This document shows, one piece after another, positions 39,452 through 48,490 of a DNA stretch of 64,000 bases. The notes below the pieces were generated by a model, which was given only the letters and a program-made list of their open reading frames with translations, searched no databases and was not told the origin of the DNA. This stretch comes from an uncultured Cytophagia bacterium (GTDB lineage: Bacteria; Zhuqueibacterota; Zhuqueibacteria; Oceanimicrobiales; Oceanimicrobiaceae), in NCBI GenBank assembly GCA_964539665.1, contig CAZIKB010000002.1, positions 3,609-67,608 of the forward strand, written 5' to 3'. Position numbers and translations under genes: made by a program. Numbering within the stretch: the stretch's first letter is position 1; the number at the start of each line of letters is the position of its first letter.

Positions 39452-41530
39452 ATGCCTTTAAACACTAACAATAAGCTCATCAATGCATTTATAAAGCGAA
39501 CAGATCTTATTTTAGCTGTCGCTGTGGTAGCTATTTTAGTGTTTATGATCATACCGATACCCAGTTTTTTCCTGGATATTTTATTAGCCTTAAACATAAC
39601 ATGCTCTTTGATGATTTTATTGGTACCCCTGAATGCTAGTAAACCATTAGAATTTTCTGTATTTCCAGGCGTATTACTCATCATTACTCTTTTTCGGCTC
39701 TCGCTGAACGTAGCTTCAACACGTTTAATATTAGGAGAAGCTTATGCCGGGAATATAATCGAAGCCTTTGGCAGCTTTGTTGTAAAAGGCAATTATGTTG
39801 TTGGATTAGTTATCTTTATCATCCTGGTTATCATCAATTTTGTAGTGATTACAAAAGGTTCCGGAAGAATCGCAGAAGTTGCAGCGAGGTTCACTTTAGA
39901 CGCCATGCCGGGCAAGCAAATGGCCATTGATGCGGATTTGAACGCTGGTTTAATCGATGATCAGGAAGCGCTTGAACGCAGAAAAGAAATAAGACAGGAA
40001 GCCGATTTCTATGGTGCCATGGACGGTGCCAGTAAATTTGTCAGGGGGGATGCGGTTGCGAGCATACTGATCACAGCTATAAATATCATTGGAGGCCTGA
40101 TTATTGGGGTTGTTCAGTTAAATATGGAAGTGGTCGAGGCCATTGAAACTTACACGGTACTGACAGTTGGCGATGGATTAGTTTCTCAGTTGCCAGCCCT
40201 GATCATTTCCACCGCTGCAGGTATAATTGTAGCGCAGGCTAATACCGCAGACAGCCTGGCTCAAAGCATGACCACTCAGTTTCTTGCAAAACGAAAACCA
40301 AGTTATATCGCGGCTGGGGTTTTATTTGTGCTTGGTCTCGTACCCGGAATGCCAGCTCTACCTTTCTTTTTTTTAGGATTGGTGATGGTAGGTTTTGGCA
40401 CTATTTCTAAAACCATTGTTTCTGAAGTGGTTGATGAGGTCATGGAGGAAGAGCCCCCTCCACAAATTTCGGAACAGGAGCAAATCGAAAACTATTTGCA
40501 TGTCGATCCTCTTGAAATTGAAATAGGTTATAGCCTAATACCCTTGATTGATACCAACCAAAGCGGTGAATTATTGCACACCCTCTCCATGATTAGAAAG
40601 CAAATTGCCCAGGAAATTGGCATAATTATACCATCTATCCGAATCAGGGACAATGTCCAACTTAAATCGAATGAATATGTCATTAAAATTAGAGGAAATG
40701 AAGTTAGTCGCGGAGAATCGATGATTGGATATTATTTAGCTCTGGTCCCCGAAGATGATGAAACGGAAATGGAAGGCATCAAAACTGTTGATCCAACATT
40801 CAATTTGCCGGCTTACTGGTTGAACGAAGAACAAAAAGAAAAAGCACAAATGAAAGGGTACTCAATTGTAGACGCAGCCGCGGTTATTTCCACAAATTTA
40901 ATGGAAGTATTAAAATCGAATGCACATAAAATATTAGACCGCCAGGCTGTACAGTATCTGATTGATAAACTTAAAGAAGAGCACGAAACCGTGGTTGAAG
41001 AGTTAGTACCCAACCTGGTAACAATTGGAACAATTCAAAATGTGTTAAAGAATTTGCTTCAGAATTCAATTCCTATTAAAGATTTATCAACAATTCTCGA
41101 ATCCATGGCCGACTATGCACATTTAACTAAAGATCCGGAATTACTGACTGAATATGTACGTGTCCGGCTTAGCGAATCCATTACCAATTTATATAAAAAT
41201 GAGGAAGGAGCAATTTATGTAATGACTCTTGATCCCAAACTTGAAGAATTTGTTATAAATCAAATCCAGAGTGGTCAAAAACCCAGCCAGTATTTAGGTT
41301 TAGCGCCTATTAAGGTTAATGAATTATTAACCGAGGCGGTAAGTAAAATGCAGGAATTAATTGCAACAAGTGGCAAAGCCATACTAATTACCAGCCCAAC
41401 AATTCGTCGTTACATTCAAATTTTTTTCGAATCTGCCTTACCGGATTTAGTGATTCTTTCTTATACGGAATTGTTACCTAATATCGACATTCATTCAATT
41501 GGAAGCTTAGGATTATCAAATTATGATTGA
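39452..41530 (+). CDS. flhA: Flagellar export apparatus protein FlhA
   Basis: 692 aa. 8 TM segments with the FHIPEP motifs (GAMDGASKFVRGDAVASILI) and a large cytoplasmic C-domain. Confidence 0.95.
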   Translation: MPLNTNNKLINAFIKRTDLILAVAVVAILVFMIIPIPSFFLDILLALNITCSLMILLVPLNASKPLEFSVFPGVLLIITLFRLSLNVASTRLILGEAYAGNIIEAFGSFVVKGNYVVGLVIFIILVIINFVVITKGSGRIAEVAARFTLDAMPGKQMAIDADLNAGLIDDQEALERRKEIRQEADFYGAMDGASKFVRGDAVASILITAINIIGGLIIGVVQLNMEVVEAIETYTVLTVGDGLVSQLPALIISTAAGIIVAQANTADSLAQSMTTQFLAKRKPSYIAAGVLFVLGLVPGMPALPFFFLGLVMVGFGTISKTIVSEVVDEVMEEEPPPQISEQEQIENYLHVDPLEIEIGYSLIPLIDTNQSGELLHTLSMIRKQIAQEIGIIIPSIRIRDNVQLKSNEYVIKIRGNEVSRGESMIGYYLALVPEDDETEMEGIKTVDPTFNLPAYWLNEEQKEKAQMKGYSIVDAAAVISTNLMEVLKSNAHKILDRQAVQYLIDKLKEEHETVVEELVPNLVTIGTIQNVLKNLLQNSIPIKDLSTILESMADYAHLTKDPELLTEYVRVRLSESITNLYKNEEGAIYVMTLDPKLEEFVINQIQSGQKPSQYLGLAPIKVNELLTEAVSKMQELIATSGKAILITSPTIRRYIQIFFESALPDLVILSYTELLPNIDIHSIGSLGLSNYD

Positions 41531-42644
41531 AAAATTTAAAGCTGCGACCGTTAAAGAGGCTATGAAATTGGCCAAAGAATCTGTGGGGGAAGAAGCAATT
41601 ATCCTCGAATCAAAAAAAATTAAAGAAGGTGGCCTTTTTGATATCAATAAATCCGAGATGATTGAAATTACAGTGACTGCTGAGAAAAGTCAGAATTCAC
41701 AAACAATCCAGGGCCGTGCTTCAAAAGTTACGTACTCACCAGCAGATGTAAAAAAGAGCCGGAACTTTAATGCAGATATTTTTGGATATGAAATCAAAAA
41801 TCAGATTACCCATTTGAAAGAATCTATTTCAAAAATGTCTGATTATTTACGCTTTTCAAAAATGCTCTTAATGCCAGAGACTCTTGCCTTCTTAGTCAAT
41901 GAAAAAGGTGTGGATGAAAATTTGGCTTCAGAATTAGTTCAAAAAATATTTTGCTCGCTTTATGGGGAAGATTTGAAAAATAAACTTAAAATTAGAAATG
42001 CGCTTCACCAGGAAATTGATCATCGTCTACATGTACAAAATAACCGCGATTTACCAAAAGATAAAGTAAAATCACTTTGTTTTGTCGGCCCAACTGGTAT
42101 GGGAAAAACTACCACACTGCTTAAAATGGCGACTAATCCTGATTTTTACAGCCAACACGACACTGCGATTATAACCATCGACACCTATCGGGTGGCCGCG
42201 GCTGCACAACTCAGGACTTTTGCCGCTCTGGCCAAACTTCCACTGGAGATCGCTTATGAGCCAGCCGAATACGCAAAGGCTCTCGATAAATTTAAAGACA
42301 AAGAAATTATCCTGATAGATACTGCAGGTCGAAGCCCTCTAAACACTTATCACTTGCAAGAGCTTCAGGAATATTTTTCGATTTCAATGCCAGATGAAAT
42401 TCATTTAGTCCTGTCCGTGTCTATGCGGGCAGACAATTTATTTGATGCAGTTAATTCTTTTTCATCGTTACCTGTCAATCGACTCATAATATCGAAGATC
42501 GATGAAACGCTTCGAATTGGAAATATACTAAATATTACACAAAAGATAAATCTTCCTATTTCCTTTTTAACCAACGGCCAGTCCGTTCCGGAACATATTC
42601 TTTCAGCAAACAGCGAAGAAATTGCAAATATGATTTTAAACTAA
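41523..42644 (+). CDS. flhF: Flagellar biosynthesis GTPase FlhF (SRP-type)
   Basis: 373 aa. SRP/FtsY-like NG domain with G1 FVGPTGMGKTTT, G3 DTAGR and G4 SKID. It overlaps the flhA end by 8 nt. Confidence 0.85.
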   Translation: MIEKFKAATVKEAMKLAKESVGEEAIILESKKIKEGGLFDINKSEMIEITVTAEKSQNSQTIQGRASKVTYSPADVKKSRNFNADIFGYEIKNQITHLKESISKMSDYLRFSKMLLMPETLAFLVNEKGVDENLASELVQKIFCSLYGEDLKNKLKIRNALHQEIDHRLHVQNNRDLPKDKVKSLCFVGPTGMGKTTTLLKMATNPDFYSQHDTAIITIDTYRVAAAAQLRTFAALAKLPLEIAYEPAEYAKALDKFKDKEIILIDTAGRSPLNTYHLQELQEYFSISMPDEIHLVLSVSMRADNLFDAVNSFSSLPVNRLIISKIDETLRIGNILNITQKINLPISFLTNGQSVPEHILSANSEEIANMILN

Positions 42645-42723
42645 ATAATTAGTTAAAAATTACGATAATAACATTAATACATAAATTCAATTTATGTTTA
42701 ATTAACACAAACTACAAGTATAG

Positions 42724-42930
42724 ATGATAAAAAAAGTTATTCTTCAATTCAGTGTAATGTCTTCAACTATTACATTTATATATTGTGTTATTTCCAAGAT
42801 GTCATTTCAAAATAGTTGCGTTCGAGCTCTGTTTGTTTTCGTAGGAATGTATGCAATCCTTACATTTTTTTTCATGGGATTAATGTATTTCATAAATCAT
42901 AGCCAGGAAAGAGGAGTAGACAGTGAGTGA
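42724..42930 (+). CDS. Possible small two-TM membrane protein in the slot normally occupied by flhG
   Basis: 68 aa with two hydrophobic segments. It overlaps the fliA GTG start and has no obvious RBS, so it may not be expressed. Confidence 0.25.
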   Translation: MIKKVILQFSVMSSTITFIYCVISKMSFQNSCVRALFVFVGMYAILTFFFMGLMYFINHSQERGVDSE

Positions 42931-43696
42931 TGAGACTTTGATTTTTGAATTTACAAAAAATCGAGACCCCAAACTTCGAGAGCAAATTATTGTTAAATTC
43001 TTACCTGTTGTGAAATACGTCATAGCCAGGATGAACCTGCCGACAATCAGCCGAAATGAACTGGAAGACATACATAGTGCAGGTATATTGGGGTTGATCC
43101 GGGCATTAGAGGATTTTGACATTTCAAAAAATGTAAAATTTAAAACCTATGCGACTTTGAGAGTCCGTGGAAATATTCTGGACTATTTGCGTCAAATCGA
43201 TTACGTCAGCCGCTCCGATCGTGCAAAGTTGAGAGAAATCGAGAATGTGATCTCTGTCTTAACCAATGCAAAATGCCGCAAACCAACAGATGCAGAGATT
43301 GTAAATCATCTCTCTATAAATACAGCAGAATATCATCGCTTAATAGAATTAGCACAATTAAATTTTACAATTTCTCTCGACCAAATACAAATTATGAACA
43401 ACGAAGAGGTCGTACTAAGTGATGTCATTGCTGACAAAGATGCGGAAGAACCCTTTGAAAACTCTTGTAAAAGTAACATGTTAGAATTAATAAAAAACGT
43501 CATTAAATCTTTACCTGAACGGCAACGAACAATTGTAATAATGTATTACCTGGACTGTATGACTTTATTAGAAATCGGCAAAGTTATCAATCTATCGGAA
43601 TCAAGAGTGAGCAGGATATTGGGTAAAGCCATTTTAACTATTCGCAACGAATTAAAACAAAAATATAATGTTAATGTAGAATCATTAGCAGGATAA
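42923..43696 (+). CDS. fliA: Flagellar sigma factor FliA (sigma-28 / SigD / WhiG family)
   Basis: 257 aa. Region 2 IHSAGILGLIRALEDFDISKNVKFKTYATLRVRGNILDYLR and a region 4 HTH LPERQRTIVIMYYLDCMTLLEIGKVINLSESRVSRI. Confidence 0.85.
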   Translation: MSDETLIFEFTKNRDPKLREQIIVKFLPVVKYVIARMNLPTISRNELEDIHSAGILGLIRALEDFDISKNVKFKTYATLRVRGNILDYLRQIDYVSRSDRAKLREIENVISVLTNAKCRKPTDAEIVNHLSINTAEYHRLIELAQLNFTISLDQIQIMNNEEVVLSDVIADKDAEEPFENSCKSNMLELIKNVIKSLPERQRTIVIMYYLDCMTLLEIGKVINLSESRVSRILGKAILTIRNELKQKYNVNVESLAG

Positions 43697-43702
43697 TTAA
43701 TC

Positions 43703-43972
43703 ATGGCAGATTTAGAGCTTACTACTGGCCCACCAAACACATATCCGGTAGAAAGAGTTGAGTCATCTACTCACGTGAATCCTGATCAAAAAGGAAAGAA
43801 TTCTGAAAATAATAAATCTAACAAAAATAATAAGAAGAAACTGGTTCAAACAACAGATACGAAGGACCAGGTCTCAACTGCCCAGAAACAGGCAAATATA
43901 AACGATAAAAAAGAAACAAAAAAAAATACAGAACCTTTAGAAAAAGGCCGGATAATAGACATAACTATATAA
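43703..43972 (+). CDS. Small disordered, K/N/T-rich protein directly downstream of fliA. It is a paralog of the ORF at 20245-20553.
   Basis: 89 aa, no TM segment, ends ...EKGRIIDITI*. It shares the C-terminal G-x-I-I-D-I-x-I motif and the blocks VNP.. / TT.(N/D)T..V..T.(A)Q with the flgC-fliE ORF. Confidence 0.45.
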   Translation: MADLELTTGPPNTYPVERVESSTHVNPDQKGKNSENNKSNKNNKKKLVQTTDTKDQVSTAQKQANINDKKETKKNTEPLEKGRIIDITI

Positions 43973-43977
43973 TTTTA

Positions 43978-45114
43978 ATGTCACATTCAAGATTTATATT
44001 CAAAAGGACTTTTGCAGCATTCCTTATCGGGCTTGCTTTGTTGTGTTCTATCATAGATGCGAATGGGGCTCAGGTTGTAGATATTCGAACAGGTTTTCAT
44101 CAAACCTTCTCACGCATTGTCGTGCAATTCGATTCTGATGTGGAATTTAATATTATAAAAAATCTTAATAATAAAAAGGTACTTGTAGAAATTCAGCCGG
44201 TTGAAATCAGATTCAATCCTAGAGAAATAAAGATCGATCCTGGCGATAAATTCGTCAATCGGATTGAATACGAGTTGACTTTAATCACTATGAAAGTATC
44301 TTTATATTTGAAATCCTCAAATGTCCGTTTAGATTACTATAAATTGGCTCACCCTAATCGTGTCGTCATTGATGTTTATCAAGCCCGGCAACTAAAGAAT
44401 GCCGGGCTAAATGTGCAACCAGATTCATCAGGAGAAGCTAAACCTGATTCATCAGTTAAAGCTCAAATAGATTCAGGACTCTTTTCGAACTTGCAGAGTT
44501 ATCAGGATGATGATTCAACTACCAGTTTACCAGACAACCAGTTCAAAGATGCTAAATCTATTGACCCAAATGTGAACGAATCGGTTTATAGCGCGAATAA
44601 TGCAAAACCTGAATCCGGATTTCTTATATTCTTTAGTGTTCTTGGGGCATTTTTTTTGATAGACGCCATTATTTTAGGGATTTATTTTTTCAGGCGGAAA
44701 AAGAAATTTAAAAATTCTGCTCCTGGCTCTGAGCCCGAACCTGAGAAAAAGAAAAAGCAAAAACCTGCTTCACCTAAAGTTCCGGAAGCTGCACCACAGG
44801 ACTTCAAAACAGCTTTAACTGCTACAATACAGGAAAATATGTCTACAGCTAATAAAAGCGTAATGAATGCCAGCCATTCAAATATCGTTAATAATTCACA
44901 AATTACTTCTAAGATTGAATCCTTAATTAACTCACTTTCTGAATCCATGAGGCCTTCTGATACTATTTTATTGGAGTTCCCGGAATTAGAGCAAGTGACC
45001 AGAGAATTACAGAAAATCTCACCTGATGAAAATATTTCGCCTGAACTATTAATAGGTAAAGATGGCGTTGAATTTATAAAAAATTTAACTCACTCTTCTT
45101 CAAATAAGTTGTAA
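43978..45114 (+). CDS. Bitopic membrane protein with an N-terminal periplasmic AMIN-like domain, a low-complexity linker, a TM segment and a cytoplasmic C-terminal domain
   Basis: Signal peptide FAAFLIGLALLCSII. AMIN-like beta-sandwich motifs (FSRIVVQFDSDVEFNIIKN...KVLVEIQPVEI...RVVIDVYQA). TM segment FLIFFSVLGAFFLIDAIILGIYFF followed by RRKKKFK (positive-inside). An acidic/PEK-rich cytoplasmic tail. Confidence 0.55.
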   Translation: MSHSRFIFKRTFAAFLIGLALLCSIIDANGAQVVDIRTGFHQTFSRIVVQFDSDVEFNIIKNLNNKKVLVEIQPVEIRFNPREIKIDPGDKFVNRIEYELTLITMKVSLYLKSSNVRLDYYKLAHPNRVVIDVYQARQLKNAGLNVQPDSSGEAKPDSSVKAQIDSGLFSNLQSYQDDDSTTSLPDNQFKDAKSIDPNVNESVYSANNAKPESGFLIFFSVLGAFFLIDAIILGIYFFRRKKKFKNSAPGSEPEPEKKKKQKPASPKVPEAAPQDFKTALTATIQENMSTANKSVMNASHSNIVNNSQITSKIESLINSLSESMRPSDTILLEFPELEQVTRELQKISPDENISPELLIGKDGVEFIKNLTHSSSNKL

Positions 45115-45136
45115 TTGAACTAAAACACAATTCTTA

Positions 45137-45222
45137 CTGTCATTGCGAGCGTTTCTCAGTGAAGCAATCTCCCAATTAGCCAAGCAGGAGATTGCTTCGG
45201 CAAAAGATGCCTTGCAATGACA
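45137..45222 (+). other. Long nested hairpin (about 86 nt) immediately after the AMIN-protein gene stop; a terminator or structured RNA element
   Basis: The inner stem GAAGCAATCTCC / GGAGATTGCTTC is 12 bp perfect with a 14 nt loop. The outer stem TGTCATTGCGAG / CTTGCAATGACA is 12 bp with one G-U pair. Confidence 0.5.
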
Positions 45223-45389
45223 ACCAAAATGTATAGTTTTCATTCAGATACCAGGTAGTAAAAACTTCTACTCTTATCAACAATTCAGTAAAAATTCCCA
45301 CTACATCTTCTCATTTTATTCTTATTACAATACCATCTAAATATTTATTATATATAGGTTAACTCCAGTCGATATTTCAACATCAGCCG

Positions 45390-45405
45390 TGGCACATAAA
45401 TTGCT
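45390..45405 (+). promoter_or_regulatory. Sigma-54 (-24/-12) promoter of the flgF-flgL operon
   Basis: TGGCAC-ataaa-TTGCT is an exact TGGCAC-N5-TTGCW match. It lies about 35 nt upstream of the flgF GTG start, and a GGAG RBS sits at 45428. Confidence 0.7.
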
Positions 45406-45439
45406 AAATTAAGCAACAAAATAATAATGGAGTAAAATC

Positions 45440-46186
45440 GTGTTAAAACGACTTGAATTAGCCGGACGGGCAATGATTACCAATATGGCCCAGATGGAAG
45501 CAATTAGCAATAATTTAGCCAACATAAATACCTCGGGTTTTAAAAAAGAAAAATTATTCTTACAAAGTCTGAATGAAAAATTAAATGCTCTTCCGAATAA
45601 TGCTGGCTCTAACAACATTCAAGAGCCTTATGCGGCAACCATTGTAGATTTCACACAAGGTTCCTTAAAAGATACCAATCATAAATTAGATGTAGCAATA
45701 GCTGGTGAAGGTATGTTTGTGATTGAAGCTCCCCAGGGTGAAGTTTATACACGAGATGGGCATTTCACTCTGAATGCGGAAAAAATTTTAACTACAATTG
45801 ACGGTTATCCTGTATTGGGCGAAGGTGGACAAATTGAGCTGGATATTGAACAAAATTCTGTTGCACAAATACTTATCAATGAACAGGGTGAAATTCTGAT
45901 AGATGGCAATATGATTGACAAAATAAAAATTATGACTTTGGAGAATCCTCAATATTTAAATAAAATAGGATCTAATTTATTTCAATTATCTGCTAAAAAC
46001 AATACTCCTGTAGAGGTAGAAAATGTTTCAATCAGGCAAGGATTTATTGAAGAGTCAAACGTAAATGCTGTTACTGAAATGATTGCCATGATGGAAATAA
46101 ATCATGCCTTTAAAACAAGCGAAAAAGCGCTTAAAACTCATGATCAGTTATTGGGTAAAGCAGTCAACAGTATAGGCAGGGTATAA
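45440..46186 (+). CDS. flgF: Flagellar proximal rod protein FlgF
   Basis: 248 aa. Rod N-terminal signature QMEAISNNLANINTSGFKK and C-terminal signature NVNAVTEMIAMMEINHAFKTSEKALKTHDQLL. Confidence 0.8.
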   Translation: MLKRLELAGRAMITNMAQMEAISNNLANINTSGFKKEKLFLQSLNEKLNALPNNAGSNNIQEPYAATIVDFTQGSLKDTNHKLDVAIAGEGMFVIEAPQGEVYTRDGHFTLNAEKILTTIDGYPVLGEGGQIELDIEQNSVAQILINEQGEILIDGNMIDKIKIMTLENPQYLNKIGSNLFQLSAKNNTPVEVENVSIRQGFIEESNVNAVTEMIAMMEINHAFKTSEKALKTHDQLLGKAVNSIGRV

Positions 46187-46213
46187 TAAAATTAATATAG
46201 AGGAGAAATTAAA

Positions 46214-47002
46214 ATGATTCGAGCATTACGGACGGCTGCATTAGCTATGTCTGCCCAGAGTCTTCGAGTTGATAACATTGCAAATAATCTTGCGAACGTC
46301 AATACAAATGGCTTCAAAAAAAGTACGATAGAATTCCAGGACCTTTTTTACGAAAGTTTTCGAGCGGCTGGAGTAGCCGATCAAGTAAATACTGAGCTTC
46401 CCACTGAATTGCAAGTTGGACACGGGAGCAGGCCAGTTGCTACCATAAAAAACTTTATGCAAGGCAATGTGGTAAATACCGACAACCCATTGGATATTTC
46501 ACTAAATGGTGAAGGTTTTTTTCAAATTCAACAACCAGACGGTACGATCGTCTACACCCGTGATGGCAATTTTAATCTTTCTTCAAGCGGGCAAATAGTC
46601 AATGCAGTTGGATTACTTATGGAACCGGAGATATCGCTTCCGCAAGACATGCAAAGTATAAATATCAGTTCTGATGGCATTGTTTCAGTCTTTTCGCCTG
46701 GAGTAATTGAATCTCAGGAAGTTGGACAAATTGAACTTGCAAAATTTATCAATCCAGCCGGGCTTCGAAGTATTGGTGGAAATTTATATGCTGCTACTGC
46801 TGCATCTGGTGAGTCTGTATTAGGGCAACCCGGAAAAAACAGTTTTGGCCAGCTATTGCAAGGGTATCTAGAAAAATCCAATGTGGACATAGTGAAAGAA
46901 ATGGTCGACCTGATTGTAGCGCAGAGGGCTTACGAGATCAACGGCAAAGCGATTAAAACAGCCGAACAAATGATGGGTATTGCAAACAATCTGAAGCGAT
47001 AA
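46214..47002 (+). CDS. flgG: Flagellar distal rod protein FlgG
   Basis: 262 aa. ALRTAALAMSAQSLRVDNIANNLANVNTNGFKK...SNVDIVKEMVDLIVAQRAYEINGKAIKTAEQM. Confidence 0.9.
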   Translation: MIRALRTAALAMSAQSLRVDNIANNLANVNTNGFKKSTIEFQDLFYESFRAAGVADQVNTELPTELQVGHGSRPVATIKNFMQGNVVNTDNPLDISLNGEGFFQIQQPDGTIVYTRDGNFNLSSSGQIVNAVGLLMEPEISLPQDMQSINISSDGIVSVFSPGVIESQEVGQIELAKFINPAGLRSIGGNLYAATAASGESVLGQPGKNSFGQLLQGYLEKSNVDIVKEMVDLIVAQRAYEINGKAIKTAEQMMGIANNLKR

Positions 47003-47004
47003 TT

Positions 47005-47754
47005 TTGAGAAATCTTAATTTTAAAATGAAAAGTTCAACAATTAAAACTATCGCTTATATCTTCATTTGCATTTCAAGCATTGGTGTTTCTTTCACTTGG
47101 TCAAAAAATTCCAATATCAACTTTAGAACCGAATTAGTGAAAAATGCCATAAAAGATTTTGTGTTGCAAAAATTCGAATTACCGGAAACTGATATTTTAA
47201 TCGAATTCCCAAATTTGGATGCTCTGGTGAACAAATTAAATTACAAAGGGAAAATTCGAGTTTTACCCGGGAAAACTGGCCTTCGAAAAGGAATTCAAAA
47301 TATAAAATGCGGTGTTCTTCAACATGGCCAGTTGAAAGAATCATTCACAGTCAGCATCAGAATCAAGACTTTTCAGAACATTATTACGAGTAACGAACGT
47401 TTGGCCCGACAACAGGTTTTAGCGCCGGGTCATTTGAAAATAAACAGACTTGAAACTACCCATATCTCAGACAAAATCTTTACCAGTATTGACGGGCTCG
47501 TTGGTTTACGTACAAAACGCATTATTAATACTGGAGAGATTATAACTAACAAGCAGGTCGAATTGCTCCCCCTGGTAAATCGCGGAAAAAAAATGGACAT
47601 TTATTTTCAGAGAGGAGCGCTTGAAATCATTCTACGGGGCGTATCTCGACAGGATGGCTATTTAGGTGATAAAATTCGGATTAAGTGCCTGGAAACAAAC
47701 AAAATATTTACCGGGCAAATCATTGATGCAAACACGGTAATTGTGAACCTATAA
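47005..47754 (+). CDS. flgA: Flagellar P-ring assembly chaperone FlgA (SAF domain)
   Basis: 249 aa. Signal peptide and a C-terminal SAF-like region INTGEIITNKQVELLPLVNRGKKMDIY...GDKIRIKCLETNKIFTGQI. Confidence 0.7.
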   Translation: MRNLNFKMKSSTIKTIAYIFICISSIGVSFTWSKNSNINFRTELVKNAIKDFVLQKFELPETDILIEFPNLDALVNKLNYKGKIRVLPGKTGLRKGIQNIKCGVLQHGQLKESFTVSIRIKTFQNIITSNERLARQQVLAPGHLKINRLETTHISDKIFTSIDGLVGLRTKRIINTGEIITNKQVELLPLVNRGKKMDIYFQRGALEIILRGVSRQDGYLGDKIRIKCLETNKIFTGQIIDANTVIVNL

Positions 47755-47800
47755 GCTAACAATTAATGAACATCAATTTTGCAACGGGAAGTGAAAAAGG

Positions 47801-48445
47801 ATGGTACAAATGAAAAGAAAAATTATATGGTTTTGTTGCTATGCTTTTTTTATATCAAATATTTGCATAGCTCAAAGTTATGACAAATTTCAGAAACATT
47901 CACTTTATACAGATTTTAAACCTAAGAATATTGGAGATGTAGTTACCATTCTTATTGTTGAATCTGCCAGCGGCGGCCAGCAGTCCGGTGCGAATTCTTC
48001 CGACCAGGCATCGTTAAAAGCATCTGGAGGAATTACCGGCAATTTGACAAGCGTCCTGCCTTTGTTAGGTGCCTCCTCAAAATATGAAAGAAGTCACACC
48101 GGGAGTATGGGCACAAGCCAAAAAGATGTTATGATGGCTAAAATTACGGCGGTTGTATCAAAAATCAGCCCAAACGGAAATTTAACTTTGCAAGGAAAAC
48201 GCCGCATTGAAGTAAACGGAGACACCCATATCCTGGAATTGAAAGGAATAGCAAGGCTTAAGGACATCACTTCTGACAACCTGATATATTCTTATAATCT
48301 GGCTAACGTAGAGATTGCCTATAAAAAAGCCGGCCTGGGGAATAAATTTGGCAAACAGGGTTGGTTCTCCAGATGGACTACCTGGGTCATGGTTTTGGGT
48401 TTGGGAGCTTCAGCCTATTTAGGTATTTCAGCTACTTCAAATTGA
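47801..48445 (+). CDS. flgH: Flagellar L-ring lipoprotein FlgH
   Basis: 214 aa. Lipoprotein signal peptide (FISNICIAQS). FlgH motifs LYTDFKPKNIGDVVTILIVESA and TLQGKRRIEVNGDTHILELKGI. Confidence 0.85.
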   Translation: MVQMKRKIIWFCCYAFFISNICIAQSYDKFQKHSLYTDFKPKNIGDVVTILIVESASGGQQSGANSSDQASLKASGGITGNLTSVLPLLGASSKYERSHTGSMGTSQKDVMMAKITAVVSKISPNGNLTLQGKRRIEVNGDTHILELKGIARLKDITSDNLIYSYNLANVEIAYKKAGLGNKFGKQGWFSRWTTWVMVLGLGASAYLGISATSN

Positions 48446-48490
48446 ACAACAACTATATAAAAATGAAGATAAACGAGAATATAGAATAGC

